Shown: positions 28,107 through 38,567 of the stretch, one piece after another
Layout: the number at the start of each line of letters is the position of its first letter
How positions within the stretch are numbered: the first letter of the stretch is position 1
Source: Candidatus Cloacimonadales bacterium
GTDB taxonomy: Bacteria; Cloacimonadota; Cloacimonadia; Cloacimonadales; JAFGVF01
Direction of reading: 5' to 3'
Assembly: GCA_963677495.2 (NCBI GenBank)
Contig: CAXXOU010000002.1
Coordinates: forward strand, 128,001 to 192,000
DNA length: 64,000 bases
Translations under genes and position numbers: made by a program
The notes under the pieces: generated by a model
Told to the model about the DNA's origin: nothing
Database searches by the model: none
The model's input: the letters and a program-made list of their open reading frames with translations, nothing else

Positions 28107-30948
28107 ATTGTAGCTTTTTTAGGAATGGAAGTACTTGAGCTTGCAGCTCTCCAATTGATTGTGTGTTCACAGCTGGAATTGGTAGTACTTCCTTAAAATA
28201 CTTACCATACCTTTTAGTATTTACTCTGTTATCAAGAATTATTATCACACCACGGTCACGTTGAGATCTAATTAATCGTCCGAAGCCTTGCCTAAGCTTT
28301 AGTAAAGCATTAGGAACCATGAAGTGCATGAATGAGTTTTTACCTTCAGCTTCTAACATCTCAATATATGCTTCCACTATCGGATCAGATGGAACTTGGA
28401 AAGGCAGTTTATTGAGAATGAGAAGCTCAAGTGATTTCCCGGGAACATCAACACCTTCCCAGAAGGAGCTTGTGCCAAGTAGGACAGCGTTGCCCTGTTT
28501 TTTAAACTCATTAAGCAGAACTGTTCTATTACCACTTTTGCCTTGTGCTAGAAGGTTTATACCTTTCTTAGCGAAGTCTTCTGCCAGAGCTTCGTATGTA
28601 TTATTCAAATCTTTGAAGGCTGTATAAAGAATAAGTGTGCCTACCTTAGCTGTTGGGAGAAGGTCTTCTAACAATCTTAAAGTCTGGTTGTGGAAAAGGT
28701 TATCCTGTGGTGCAGGTAAGAAGCCTGTAGTTATAAGCTTAGCTTGTTTGTTATAATCAAAAGGAGATTCCACGACTGTCTCAACTGCTTTCTCTTCAGG
28801 TAAAAGATTTATACCCATTCTATTTCTAAAGTACTTGAAGCTACCTCTAAGAGCTAAAGTAGCAGAAGTAAAGACAATAGTATCTACTTTGTTATAGAGA
28901 ATCTCATTTAGAATTGTGCTTACATTTAATGGTGCATAATTAAGAGTCACCTGATATGCTTTCTTCTCTATACCTGGTTTACCCTCTAACCATAAAGCAT
29001 GGTTTTCAAGACCTTTTGATAGAAGCTCATCTATTTCCTGTCTTACTTCAGATATACGCTTGTCCATACCTTCTAGTTGGTTCATATGATCTTCAAGGTT
29101 AGCCATAATATTAGTACTGATTGTGGAAAGAGTATGGTGAATTGTTGCAAGCTTCTGACTAACTTGTGCCCAGAACTTTGAAATCTCACTTAAGCTTCCG
29201 CTAAGCTTTTCTAGATCATTATCAGTTTTAAGTCTTAGTTTATTCCAGTCGCCACGGTCATCTAGGTCATGCGCCATTTCATCGAAGAAGTCAGTTGTGA
29301 AATCAAGCTTTAGTTTAAGTTCTGCAGTAAGAGTTGATATAGCTTTGGATAGTACCTCTTTATAGGATTTATCCATATTACTGTTATCAATGTCTTTCAT
29401 TAAGCCTGTTAAAATACCTGATTCATGTTTCTTGCTTCTATAGTAAAGTGCATTATTAAGAGCAGTGAAATCAGAATAATTGAGTTGGAACCCCATATGT
29501 TTTGAAGCTATATCGGGTAAGTTATGAGCCTCATCACAAATCAAGCAACTATAGTCACCTAGAGTGGCGTTATCATTGCTTAGGTCTGCTAGCATAAGTG
29601 AATGATTGATAATGATTAGGTTAGCATCTTTCAGCTTCTCACGCACCTGCATATAGTGACAATGCTTATAGTGTGAGCATCGTTTCCCAGAACAGATATA
29701 CCTGTCAGCAAGGAGTTTCTTCCAGAGTCCACTATATCTATTCTTATCGAAAGAGCTGTTCTCTGAAACATCTCCGGTAGTCGTAAATTCTTTCCATATG
29801 ACCAGATATAACAAGCCCTTAAGATCGTATGGGTTGGTTATGTCTGCCATATTGAATGTTACGTTATCCCAATAACGGTTACAAATGTAGTTGTCGCGAC
29901 CTTTAACAAGGCCTGCAGTAAAAGGAATTGGTAGGATTTCGCTTAGAACAGGGATGTCTTTGAAAAACAGCTGTTCCTGTAAGTTCTTTGTATTTGTTGA
30001 AATAACTACTCGTTCTTTATTCTCGTAACTGTATTTTATTGCAGGAATAAGGTAAGCAATTGATTTGCCAACACCAGTTCCGGCTTCAACCAGAAGATGT
30101 TTCTTTGTTTTCAAAGCTTGTTCTACCGCAACAGACATGTTTATCTGTCCGGTTCTCTTCTCATAATGCGGGAACTTATTACTAAAGAAAGAATCTTCGG
30201 CAAAAAGGTTTTCAATATCGTAGACCTTTGGATTTGGCATCTTATGTTCTATGAAATTGCCAATACCTTTCTGGGGAGGTTTTGGTCGCTTGGTTTGTAA
30301 GAGAGCATACTTACGCTGGTAGTTGACAATTTTCTCTAGAAATACAGCTAAAGATGTATCAATATCAATACTTCTAGCTATGGTTAATAGATTGCTGTTA
30401 AGTCTAACATCTATGTACCTATCAATGTGCTCAAGAAGCTTAATGAAGATTTTAGCAGTTGTATCCGCATCATGTATCGCTCTATGAGCTGAAGGATTAA
30501 CTACATCGAAGTATTCAGCTATTGTACCTAACTTGTGGTTAACTTCAAACGGTAGATAGATTCTTGTTAACTCAAGAGTATCAAAAACATGATTTGTTGG
30601 TGGCATTATACCGTTTTGAAGCATATGATGTGTTACAAATGGAACATCAAAGTTGGAATTATGAGCTATGAGATAGTTCTCACCAATGAACTCACGAAAT
30701 GATTCTAATACCTCTTTTGCAGGTTTGCCTGACTCAATCTGTTCATCAGTGATATGTGTGAGCTGCTTGATGAAGAATGGAACTTTTTGAGTTGGTTTAA
30801 TAAACTCAGAGAATCTAGCAACTTCGACACCTTGCTGATACTTAACAGCACCAAGCTCTATGATTTCGCAAGTCTCTTTGTTAAGACCTGTAGTTTCGAT
30901 GTCAAATGATATGAAATCGAAATCAGTTATATTGGTATGATCTTTCAA
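28099..30948 (-). CDS. dinG: DinG-family helicase with N-terminal DEDDh (DnaQ-like) exonuclease
   Basis: FDIETTG...AHNSNFD...HRAIHDA exonuclease motifs. EAGTGVGKS, DEAH, TSATL, FWEGVDVPG and QGFGRLIR helicase motifs, plus Fe-S Cys residues. Confidence 0.9.
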   Translation of the reverse strand: MKDHTNITDFDFISFDIETTGLNKETCEIIELGAVKYQQGVEVARFSEFIKPTQKVPFFIKQLTHITDEQIESGKPAKEVLESFREFIGENYLIAHNSNFDVPFVTHHMLQNGIMPPTNHVFDTLELTRIYLPFEVNHKLGTIAEYFDVVNPSAHRAIHDADTTAKIFIKLLEHIDRYIDVRLNSNLLTIARSIDIDTSLAVFLEKIVNYQRKYALLQTKRPKPPQKGIGNFIEHKMPNPKVYDIENLFAEDSFFSNKFPHYEKRTGQINMSVAVEQALKTKKHLLVEAGTGVGKSIAYLIPAIKYSYENKERVVISTNTKNLQEQLFFKDIPVLSEILPIPFTAGLVKGRDNYICNRYWDNVTFNMADITNPYDLKGLLYLVIWKEFTTTGDVSENSSFDKNRYSGLWKKLLADRYICSGKRCSHYKHCHYMQVREKLKDANLIIINHSLMLADLSNDNATLGDYSCLICDEAHNLPDIASKHMGFQLNYSDFTALNNALYYRSKKHESGILTGLMKDIDNSNMDKSYKEVLSKAISTLTAELKLKLDFTTDFFDEMAHDLDDRGDWNKLRLKTDNDLEKLSGSLSEISKFWAQVSQKLATIHHTLSTISTNIMANLEDHMNQLEGMDKRISEVRQEIDELLSKGLENHALWLEGKPGIEKKAYQVTLNYAPLNVSTILNEILYNKVDTIVFTSATLALRGSFKYFRNRMGINLLPEEKAVETVVESPFDYNKQAKLITTGFLPAPQDNLFHNQTLRLLEDLLPTAKVGTLILYTAFKDLNNTYEALAEDFAKKGINLLAQGKSGNRTVLLNEFKKQGNAVLLGTSSFWEGVDVPGKSLELLILNKLPFQVPSDPIVEAYIEMLEAEGKNSFMHFMVPNALLKLRQGFGRLIRSQRDRGVIIILDNRVNTKRYGKYFKEVLPIPAVNTQSIGELQAQVLPFLKKLQYD

Positions 30949-30959
30949 TACTACCTCAA

Positions 30960-33900
30960 TTAGCTTTCTTCATCCGGATTCTCATCCTTATAAAGCTCAT
31001 ATCTACGCATCTTCTTGATAAGACCTTGTCTACTTAATCCGAGATGTTTAGCCGCTTTTGTTTGATTCCAATCAGTAGCTTCAAGAGCTTCATTGATCAT
31101 AGTCTTTTCAAGTTGCTCAACAGCTTCCTTAAGGTTGGTATTCTGAGTTAACATGCTAACAGCTTTTGTGTTTTCTGCAAACCTGTAGATCTCTTCAGAG
31201 AAATCAGACGGTTTGATATAAGACTCATCATCAGCAAGTGTAACAGCACGCTCGATTTCGTTTTCAAGCTGCCTAACGTTACCGGGGAAGCTATAACTCA
31301 TAAGATATTTAAGCGCTTCGTCAGTGAAGCCTTTTATCTGTTTATTGATGCGTTTATTGAACTTATCCAGGAAGTGAATTGCAAGCAACGGAATATCAGT
31401 AGCTCTATCCTGTAAAGCAGGTACTTCTATTTTAATCACATTGAGTCTATAGTAAAGATCTAGTCTGAATTCACCCAATTCCACTTTCTTCTTAAGAGAT
31501 ACGTTTGTAGCACAAACAACTCTAACATTGACTTTCTCAGTCTTTGTTGAACCAACTCGCTTAATCTCACCTTCTTGAAGGAATCTTAAGAGTTTAGCCT
31601 GTGTGGAAAGACTTATATCTGCAATCTCATCGAGGAAGAAAGTACCACCATCTGCTATCTCAAAGAGTCCCTTCTTGTCGTAGGCTGCACCAGTGAATGA
31701 ACCTTTAACATGACCGAATAATTCACTTTCAAGCAGAGTCTCAGGTAGAGCACCACAATATTGAGCAACGAAGGCCTTATTCTTCCTGTTTGAACTGTAA
31801 TGGATAGCTCTAGCGATAAGTTCTTTACCGGTTCCACTAGGTCCGTTCAAGAAAATAGTAGTTGGAGTATCTTTAATCTTGCGGATTACGTCGAAGATAT
31901 CCATCATGCTTTGATGCTTACCGATAATATTAGCGAATATATTGGAAGAGTTTAGCTCTTCTCGAATAATCTCATGCGTCTTCTCAAGGTTAGTGGCGCG
32001 GATATTCTCAACACTAACAATAATCTGGTTCGTGAGAGCGTTGAGAAGATTGTTTATCTGATCATTGAAGTAATAGCTTTCATGATTTGAGAACAGAAGT
32101 ATCACACCAAGCGACTGGTTTCTCATGTTCATGGGGAAAGTTATAACATGGTTATATTTCTTTGCTTCCTGTGGCTGTTTAAGACTAAGACGTTTCTTCT
32201 GACTGTAAGTCTCTATAACTTTTTCCATGAAGAAATCATAAGCCGGATCCTTGAACGTAAAGTTTCTGAAGAGTTTGTACTCCCAACTTTCAGGCATACT
32301 TTCAGCGTTATACAGACATAGTATCCCACCATCGGCATCAGAGATGTTGATTATCTCATCAATAGCAGTATTAAGAAGCAGATCAAAGTCATGAATCTCA
32401 TTTAACATCTCAGAGATAGCATAAAACTTATCTAGGATACTTTCCTGATACTTAGCTTCATCAACTTTCTTCTTGTAATCCTTATTTATCTTCTCATACA
32501 GCAAGTCGTTCTGCTCAAGAATCTTGATTGAACCGAAGTTCTTTATCACACTCTTATTAGATTTAAGGATACTAAGTGCTTCCTCGGAATCACCCATTTC
32601 AGCAACAATGTTTGCAAGTTCATAGTTTGCTTCAGCCAGCTCATATATCTTGTTATGCTTTTCAAATATCTCAACTGCTTTCTCTAAATGGCTTTTTGCT
32701 TTAGCAAGATCTTTACGGTCAAGTCTTGCTCTTAGAACCCAAGTATTTCCAATTTCAAACTCATTGTTTAGTTCTTTTGCTAGATCATAAGACATCTTCA
32801 AGTAGTAATCAGCACTTTCATGGTTCATTGTAACAATGAAGTATACAGCTTGTTTCTGACAACCTTCAATTATCTCATTCTTTGCTTCGAGAGCCTTAAA
32901 ATAGTCGAAACTTTCAACTAGATAGCGATAAGCTTCTTTGAACTTATGCATTTTGGTTAAAGTAGAACCCAGATTTCCGTAAATCTGTGCTTGGATATAC
33001 TCATCATTAATTTGAGGAAGTAGCTCTAAACCTTTAAAATAGAGATCATAAGCAATGTTTAGCTCTCCTCTTTTTTCGTAAAGTTCACCTAAGTTTATAT
33101 ATGATCTGATAAGACCATCAACGAAATCAGTTTCTTCTGACTTCTCGATAGCACGCTCATAAGTATCGATTGCCTCATTCCATTTACCTTGTTGGAAGTA
33201 GAGGGCACCGATATTGTTTAACGTTGCAATAGTGTTTCTGTGGAAGCTAAAGTTTATTGCAGTTTGAAGAGACTTATTATATGCTTCTTCTGCTTTCTCA
33301 AACTCACTGTTATCCATGTGAGTAACGCCAATGTTATTATAAATATTCGTTATATTGTATGGATCGCTAAGCAGCTTCTGAATGTTCAATCCTTGGTATA
33401 GGTAATAGATAGATTTTTCTTTATCACCTTTATCATCCATTAAACCACCAAGATTGTTGTAACAGATAGACATACCATTCAGATTATAACGAGATTTCTC
33501 TATCTCTAGCGATTTTAGGAATAGTTCTTCACTTTCTTCCCAATCACCACTAAGCATTGGAATAACTGCAAGGTTGTTATAAATTGCGGCTAACCCACTA
33601 ATCACGTTTCCTTGCTCAAAATATGACTTTGCATCGTTGAAACAGTTCTCTGCATGGTCCCAATCATTGGAATAGTAATAAATCTTACCTCTGGCTTTAT
33701 GACAGTTGCCAAGAACCATGTTTCTTGTCTTTTCATCTTCTATCTTGAAAGCTGCTTGAAGTGCTTTGTCGAGTTCAGGCATAGCATTTCCGAACTCCTC
33801 TTTTTCTGTGAGGATTTCAGCTTTAAGAATTAACAAGTTAGCTTTAAATGTATTCTCGAGTTCATCATAGGAGTATTTCTTAATAATCTCCAGTGCAAAG

Positions 33901-35261
33901 TTAGATGAATTTATCAAAGACAAGTTTTGTGCTAAAAGATATACCGTTTCCTGATTCGGGAGGTCTTTCTCTGTGCTAAGTTGTAAGCAGTTTCTGAATG
34001 TATTAGCAGCTTCCTGATACTTCTTAAGGTTCTGATATGTTTTCCCCATCTCTACCATAAGAACTAGTTTATTCTCTGCTTTCTTAGTTTTCTTAAGTGA
34101 GTATTCCAGTATCTCTAATAGATTCTCATTATTGCAGATGTTTTGTAACTCTTTTCTTGTTTCTGCAAATACTGTACTTTCATATTTATCTAAAGAAGTT
34201 AGGTATATTGATAAGTGAGGGAGAGGTGTCTTTGCTTTCTTCAAGAACTCAAGAATTGTATTTGTGTAGTCAACTCTTGCATCTTTTTGAAGATCTTTAA
34301 ACCAACCTTGGAAATGGTCCGGACTGATAACGCATAGTCGGCCATGATAATCTCTTACAAAGCTCTTTTTACTAAGAATCTCTAAACTGTTTTTAAACTT
34401 GGTTTTACCAAGGATAGTTTGTATCTCTTCAGTACTAATCCTTCCATCAGACAATGAAATAAGGCTGATTAACTGACGCTCTGAATCGGACAGCTGATTA
34501 AGGAACATAGCATAGAAATCGGTATCTTGTGTCTTCTCTTCAACATACTTAAGAATATCAAAACGATTCCCATTTCTATATTCATCTGAATTCATTATGT
34601 CTATAAGTATTAATTCAAGAGTGAGCATATTACCTTGTGTAATATTCCAAAGAATCTCACTTTCGAATACAAAGTCAGAATTCTTAGCAGGGAACACATC
34701 TTGTATAATAGTGGTAATACCTTGAATCGACAACTCATGAAGACGCTCAACATGTGAGATGTGAAAATCATGCTCTTTTGTGAAAGCAAAGACCTTAATA
34801 CCAATATCTTCAGCGTATTGTACTAGGAATTGTATGAACTTTCTTGAGTGCTCAGTTAAGAAATCTCCATCCATCACAAGCAGTGTGATTGATCGGAAAT
34901 AATAATCTCTATTGATTATCTCTGTTAAATAGAAGAAGAAATCGTAATCACAGGTAAACTCATATTCTGAGCTCTTTAAAATGATTTCATCGTACTCTTG
35001 TTCAGTTAGATTTGTTACAGCTAACACTAAATCTTTAAGCTGGTTCCAAGAATAGATTCTTGGATGGTAACAATAAAAGTCCATCTTTCGTTTTATCAAT
35101 TCCTGTTCGAGGTACTCTAACAAGAGATATTTACCGGTACCGGTGTAACCGATAATCTCTATTATCTCACTCTTCGAATCACCATCACTAAAAATCTTAC
35201 TATAGCTGTTGAAATCTTCAGCTAAATAACTGCTTATTATATTTTCTAAGCCTTTGCTCAT
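30960..35261 (-). CDS. Large sigma-54 activator: degenerate P-loop, TPR array, GAF, AAA+ and Fis HTH
   Basis: N-terminal GYTGTGKY, many TPRs, GAF-like region, GPSGTGKE, ESELFGHVKGSFTGA, FLDEI, FPGNVRQLEN and AAKHLGLSR. Confidence 0.9.
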   Translation of the reverse strand: MSKGLENIISSYLAEDFNSYSKIFSDGDSKSEIIEIIGYTGTGKYLLLEYLEQELIKRKMDFYCYHPRIYSWNQLKDLVLAVTNLTEQEYDEIILKSSEYEFTCDYDFFFYLTEIINRDYYFRSITLLVMDGDFLTEHSRKFIQFLVQYAEDIGIKVFAFTKEHDFHISHVERLHELSIQGITTIIQDVFPAKNSDFVFESEILWNITQGNMLTLELILIDIMNSDEYRNGNRFDILKYVEEKTQDTDFYAMFLNQLSDSERQLISLISLSDGRISTEEIQTILGKTKFKNSLEILSKKSFVRDYHGRLCVISPDHFQGWFKDLQKDARVDYTNTILEFLKKAKTPLPHLSIYLTSLDKYESTVFAETRKELQNICNNENLLEILEYSLKKTKKAENKLVLMVEMGKTYQNLKKYQEAANTFRNCLQLSTEKDLPNQETVYLLAQNLSLINSSNFALEIIKKYSYDELENTFKANLLILKAEILTEKEEFGNAMPELDKALQAAFKIEDEKTRNMVLGNCHKARGKIYYYSNDWDHAENCFNDAKSYFEQGNVISGLAAIYNNLAVIPMLSGDWEESEELFLKSLEIEKSRYNLNGMSICYNNLGGLMDDKGDKEKSIYYLYQGLNIQKLLSDPYNITNIYNNIGVTHMDNSEFEKAEEAYNKSLQTAINFSFHRNTIATLNNIGALYFQQGKWNEAIDTYERAIEKSEETDFVDGLIRSYINLGELYEKRGELNIAYDLYFKGLELLPQINDEYIQAQIYGNLGSTLTKMHKFKEAYRYLVESFDYFKALEAKNEIIEGCQKQAVYFIVTMNHESADYYLKMSYDLAKELNNEFEIGNTWVLRARLDRKDLAKAKSHLEKAVEIFEKHNKIYELAEANYELANIVAEMGDSEEALSILKSNKSVIKNFGSIKILEQNDLLYEKINKDYKKKVDEAKYQESILDKFYAISEMLNEIHDFDLLLNTAIDEIINISDADGGILCLYNAESMPESWEYKLFRNFTFKDPAYDFFMEKVIETYSQKKRLSLKQPQEAKKYNHVITFPMNMRNQSLGVILLFSNHESYYFNDQINNLLNALTNQIIVSVENIRATNLEKTHEIIREELNSSNIFANIIGKHQSMMDIFDVIRKIKDTPTTIFLNGPSGTGKELIARAIHYSSNRKNKAFVAQYCGALPETLLESELFGHVKGSFTGAAYDKKGLFEIADGGTFFLDEIADISLSTQAKLLRFLQEGEIKRVGSTKTEKVNVRVVCATNVSLKKKVELGEFRLDLYYRLNVIKIEVPALQDRATDIPLLAIHFLDKFNKRINKQIKGFTDEALKYLMSYSFPGNVRQLENEIERAVTLADDESYIKPSDFSEEIYRFAENTKAVSMLTQNTNLKEAVEQLEKTMINEALEATDWNQTKAAKHLGLSRQGLIKKMRRYELYKDENPDEES

Positions 35262-35570
35262 TGTTACCTGCTTATTTTTTAATTATGCTCTCAAGAAAAC
35301 CCAACTGTTAACAAAGTAACCAATACATGAATCTGAAATGTGAAGTCAAGAGCATTTTTATAAATTTCAATAGTAAGATAGAACGTGGTGGCGACTAAGT
35401 ATTGAATACTAATGGATTACATTACTGTAAACAAACTTAACAATAATGAATAAGGAAATCCAGTATGAGTAGAACTTACTATGAATATGATTAAATAATT
35501 GGTAATGATTTATGATTATAGTTTACTTTATCTACAGCTTATTGTACACACATAATAATTGTAAACAGTG

Positions 35571-35906
35571 TTAACCTACTCTTCGTTTTCTTTCCTTATG
35601 ATAGATTCTGTAGTTGTTTGCCACTACTAAGCTAAAGATAGCATCAGCAATTGCAAAGACTGCTCTAAAGCCTTTAATGTCATCCTTTAAGTACTGAGTA
35701 ACAAATATAATAAAAGGTATTAATATTCCAACTTTAATTATAACGATTCCCCTTTTTACTCCAAACTTCTTCATTATCATTCTTGCAAATGGGTTTCTTT
35801 CTTGTCGGTACCTATTTGGTTTTAGCACAAGCCAGGTGGAATGAGCGTCTAAGGCATTTAGTACCCCAAAAACTAAGAGTAGAAAATAGGAAATAAATCC
35901 TTTCAT
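35571..35906 (-). CDS. Small membrane protein (DUF5658-like)
   Basis: LNALDAHSTW...ERNP motif and hydrophobic segments. Overlaps the upstream stop by 1 nt. Confidence 0.6.
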   Translation of the reverse strand: MKGFISYFLLLVFGVLNALDAHSTWLVLKPNRYRQERNPFARMIMKKFGVKRGIVIIKVGILIPFIIFVTQYLKDDIKGFRAVFAIADAIFSLVVANNYRIYHKERKRRVG

Positions 35907-36454
35907 TATAGTCCTAGACTCTCTGCTTTTGCAGTCATTGCATTTAAAGAAAGCTCTAAGAAATCTATGAGCTCAATTCCAAGTACTTCACAGTAACTAA
36001 CTTGTTCCCTTGAAACTCCTGCAGCAAAGTTCTTTGATTTAAACTTCTTCTTAAGTGATTTGAGCTTTACTTGCTCTAGCTTTTTGTCCGGTTGCATCAA
36101 TGCTGTTGCAGTGATTAGACCGTTTACAGGATCAGCAATCCATAGACACTTCTCTATCTGAGTCTCAAGTTCTTTATGCTTATTATGAGCTTTGATTGCA
36201 TCAAGTGCATGTTGAGGTAAGTCAATATCCGCTAAGAGTTCCATTGCTTTAAGAGCATGCTGGTCAAAGTCTTCACCAATAATATCAAGGTCAATATCAT
36301 GTAATAGGCCTGTGAGATAGTACTCATCTCTATTCTCATTAAATCTTTCAGCTAATGCTTCCATAACATAAGCAGTTGCAAGACAGTGCTTAATAGTATT
36401 TGGGGTAGTAACGTGCTTTTTCAACAGTTCAAAAGCTTCATCTCTTTTTATCAT
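35906..36454 (-). CDS. HD-domain (HDIG-type) metal-dependent hydrolase
   Basis: KHC...GLLHDID...H...AHN...ADP, KKKFKSKNFAAGV. Confidence 0.85.
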   Translation of the reverse strand: MIKRDEAFELLKKHVTTPNTIKHCLATAYVMEALAERFNENRDEYYLTGLLHDIDLDIIGEDFDQHALKAMELLADIDLPQHALDAIKAHNKHKELETQIEKCLWIADPVNGLITATALMQPDKKLEQVKLKSLKKKFKSKNFAAGVSREQVSYCEVLGIELIDFLELSLNAMTAKAESLGL

Positions 36455-37254
36455 GATTTTTTATCTCCATATTTTCTGAGTATTTCATAAGCTGTAACAG
36501 CATAGCTAACAGCCACGTTCAATGAGTTCTTTCTACCTCTCACAGGTATCCTTAATATGTTATCACACATCTGCAATATCTCCGGTGATAGCCCCAGAGC
36601 TTCATTACCCATAACTATTGCTAATGGTGTTTTTAAGTCGTATTCATACAAGTTAATGCTTGGTTCAGCTGTCTCCATTGCAACTATTGCATATCCGTCT
36701 TGTCTCAACTTTTCAATAGCAAAAGAAGTCTCTGCAATGTATTCCCATTCAACTAATTTTGCAGTACCCATTGAAGTTTCAACCACATCACTCATCTCAG
36801 GGGTTGGAGTGATGCCACAACAATATATTTTACTGGCATTTACACATTCAGTAGTTCTAAATATTGATCCTACGTTGAAACTTGATCGTAAGTTATCTAA
36901 AACTACGACAATAGGCAATGGTTGTGTTTCACTCGTTTGCTTATCTCTAGTATATATTTGCAGTTCATTCTCTTTAAAACGGTCATTAAGTTTGTTTCTT
37001 AAATCAGCTAGATTCAATGAAAACAATCGTTTATCATCAAGGCATTTTGAAAGTTCTTCATACATTCCGGAGAATTCAAAAGATGAATCGATATAAGCTA
37101 AGCAACTAGTATAAGATTGTTTAAGTTCTAAGAATCGAGTACAGTCATTTCTTGAAAGTTCTATTGCTTTTAAAATCTCCAGTAAGATCCTTAGTTGTTT
37201 TTCAAGATTAAAGCTCTTGAATTTCTTTTCTGAGTATATTAAACGTTTTTGCAC
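36451..37254 (-). CDS. TrmH/SpoU-family RNA methyltransferase
   Basis: VVLDNLRSSFNVGSIFRT, IVMGNEALGL, IPVRGRKNSLNVAVS. Confidence 0.9.
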   Translation of the reverse strand: MQKRLIYSEKKFKSFNLEKQLRILLEILKAIELSRNDCTRFLELKQSYTSCLAYIDSSFEFSGMYEELSKCLDDKRLFSLNLADLRNKLNDRFKENELQIYTRDKQTSETQPLPIVVVLDNLRSSFNVGSIFRTTECVNASKIYCCGITPTPEMSDVVETSMGTAKLVEWEYIAETSFAIEKLRQDGYAIVAMETAEPSINLYEYDLKTPLAIVMGNEALGLSPEILQMCDNILRIPVRGRKNSLNVAVSYAVTAYEILRKYGDKKS

Positions 37255-37265
37255 GTATCTTATTA

Positions 37266-38567
37266 TCAGCTTCTGAAATCTACTTCTGAGGTCTTAATAT
37301 GCAGATCTCGTTGTGGGAAAGGAATCTCAATATTGTTCTCTTTAAATGCGTCCCAGATTGCTAAAAGGACTTCTGAACGAACGTTAATGATCCCTTTCTG
37401 AGGGTCGCGAATCCAAAATTGTAGTTCAAAGTTAACAGAACTATCCCCAAAATCCAATAGAAAGCTTTCCGGTTTCGGACGTTTTAGTACACGATCAAAA
37501 TTCTGTGGAATGGTTTCTAGTATCTCTTTAACTCTATGGATGTCTGAATTATATGATACACCAATATTTGCATTTACTCTAATTAGTCTATTACTGTGGG
37601 ACCAGTTCACAACAGGTTTAGAAATAAACTCCTCATTAGGTATAAGAATCTCTTTTCCCTCACGAGTAACAATCGAAGTATATCGACTACTCATCTCTTT
37701 CACTGATCCAAATGTATCTCCTGTTTCAATCACGTCACCGGGTTTAATCGAATCATCCAACAGCAGTGTGAAACCACTGAGCAGGTTAGAGAATATCTTC
37801 TGCAGTCCAATACCGATACCAAGACCTATACCACCGGTAAAAAGAGAAAGTGTTGTCATACTTATTCCAAGACTTCCCATTAACATAAATCCGGCAAACG
37901 CATAGATGAAGTAGGTAATTACTTTACTCAACAGAACTTGCATTGTTGGACGTAAAGACTTACTGTTTTTTAGTCTTACATCGAGGAAATGAAGTATTTT
38001 CTTCATCAACCAGAAGAGGAAAATAGCGAGTATAAAAGTGATTATGATAGAGTAAAGCTCTAGGTTTACTTCTCCGAAGTTCAGTTTAATCTTTTGAAGC
38101 ATCTCCTTCGTTCTTTCCCATACTCCAAGAATACTAAGAATTGCTCTAACCCAGAACCAGACCTGAATCACCTTTTTCACAAACATATGGTCAATAATCA
38201 GTGTAGTTAACTTTATAATTAACCATATCTGATAGAAGTTAGCAACAATCTTAATGAACGATACAGGCAGCTTCGCATACATCAATATCTGACTTGCAAC
38301 ACTCAAGAAAATGATTGTAATGATTGGGCTTACAAATCTGTAAACATACTCCATGAACTTCTTGGTTTTAGGATGATCTTCATTAATCTTAATCTTCTTA
38401 AGAGCGATATTAATTATCTTAGTTAGTGGATAAGATGCTACTATTGATGCTGCAACAACTGCCAATTGGATAAGGATGTTCCAACCGGTGAAGTTGTTCA
38501 TCAAGAGTTGGTAAAACTCTTTAAGATACTCTAAAACTATTGCTTGAACTTCTGTGTAATCTGTCAT
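37266..38567 (-). CDS. Mechanosensitive ion channel, MscS family
   Basis: Multiple TM helices, GIGIGLQKIFSNLLSG, IKPGDVIE, LIPNE, DFGDSSVNFEL, IEIPFPQRDL. Confidence 0.9.
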   Translation of the reverse strand: MTDYTEVQAIVLEYLKEFYQLLMNNFTGWNILIQLAVVAASIVASYPLTKIINIALKKIKINEDHPKTKKFMEYVYRFVSPIITIIFLSVASQILMYAKLPVSFIKIVANFYQIWLIIKLTTLIIDHMFVKKVIQVWFWVRAILSILGVWERTKEMLQKIKLNFGEVNLELYSIIITFILAIFLFWLMKKILHFLDVRLKNSKSLRPTMQVLLSKVITYFIYAFAGFMLMGSLGISMTTLSLFTGGIGLGIGIGLQKIFSNLLSGFTLLLDDSIKPGDVIETGDTFGSVKEMSSRYTSIVTREGKEILIPNEEFISKPVVNWSHSNRLIRVNANIGVSYNSDIHRVKEILETIPQNFDRVLKRPKPESFLLDFGDSSVNFELQFWIRDPQKGIINVRSEVLLAIWDAFKENNIEIPFPQRDLHIKTSEVDFRS

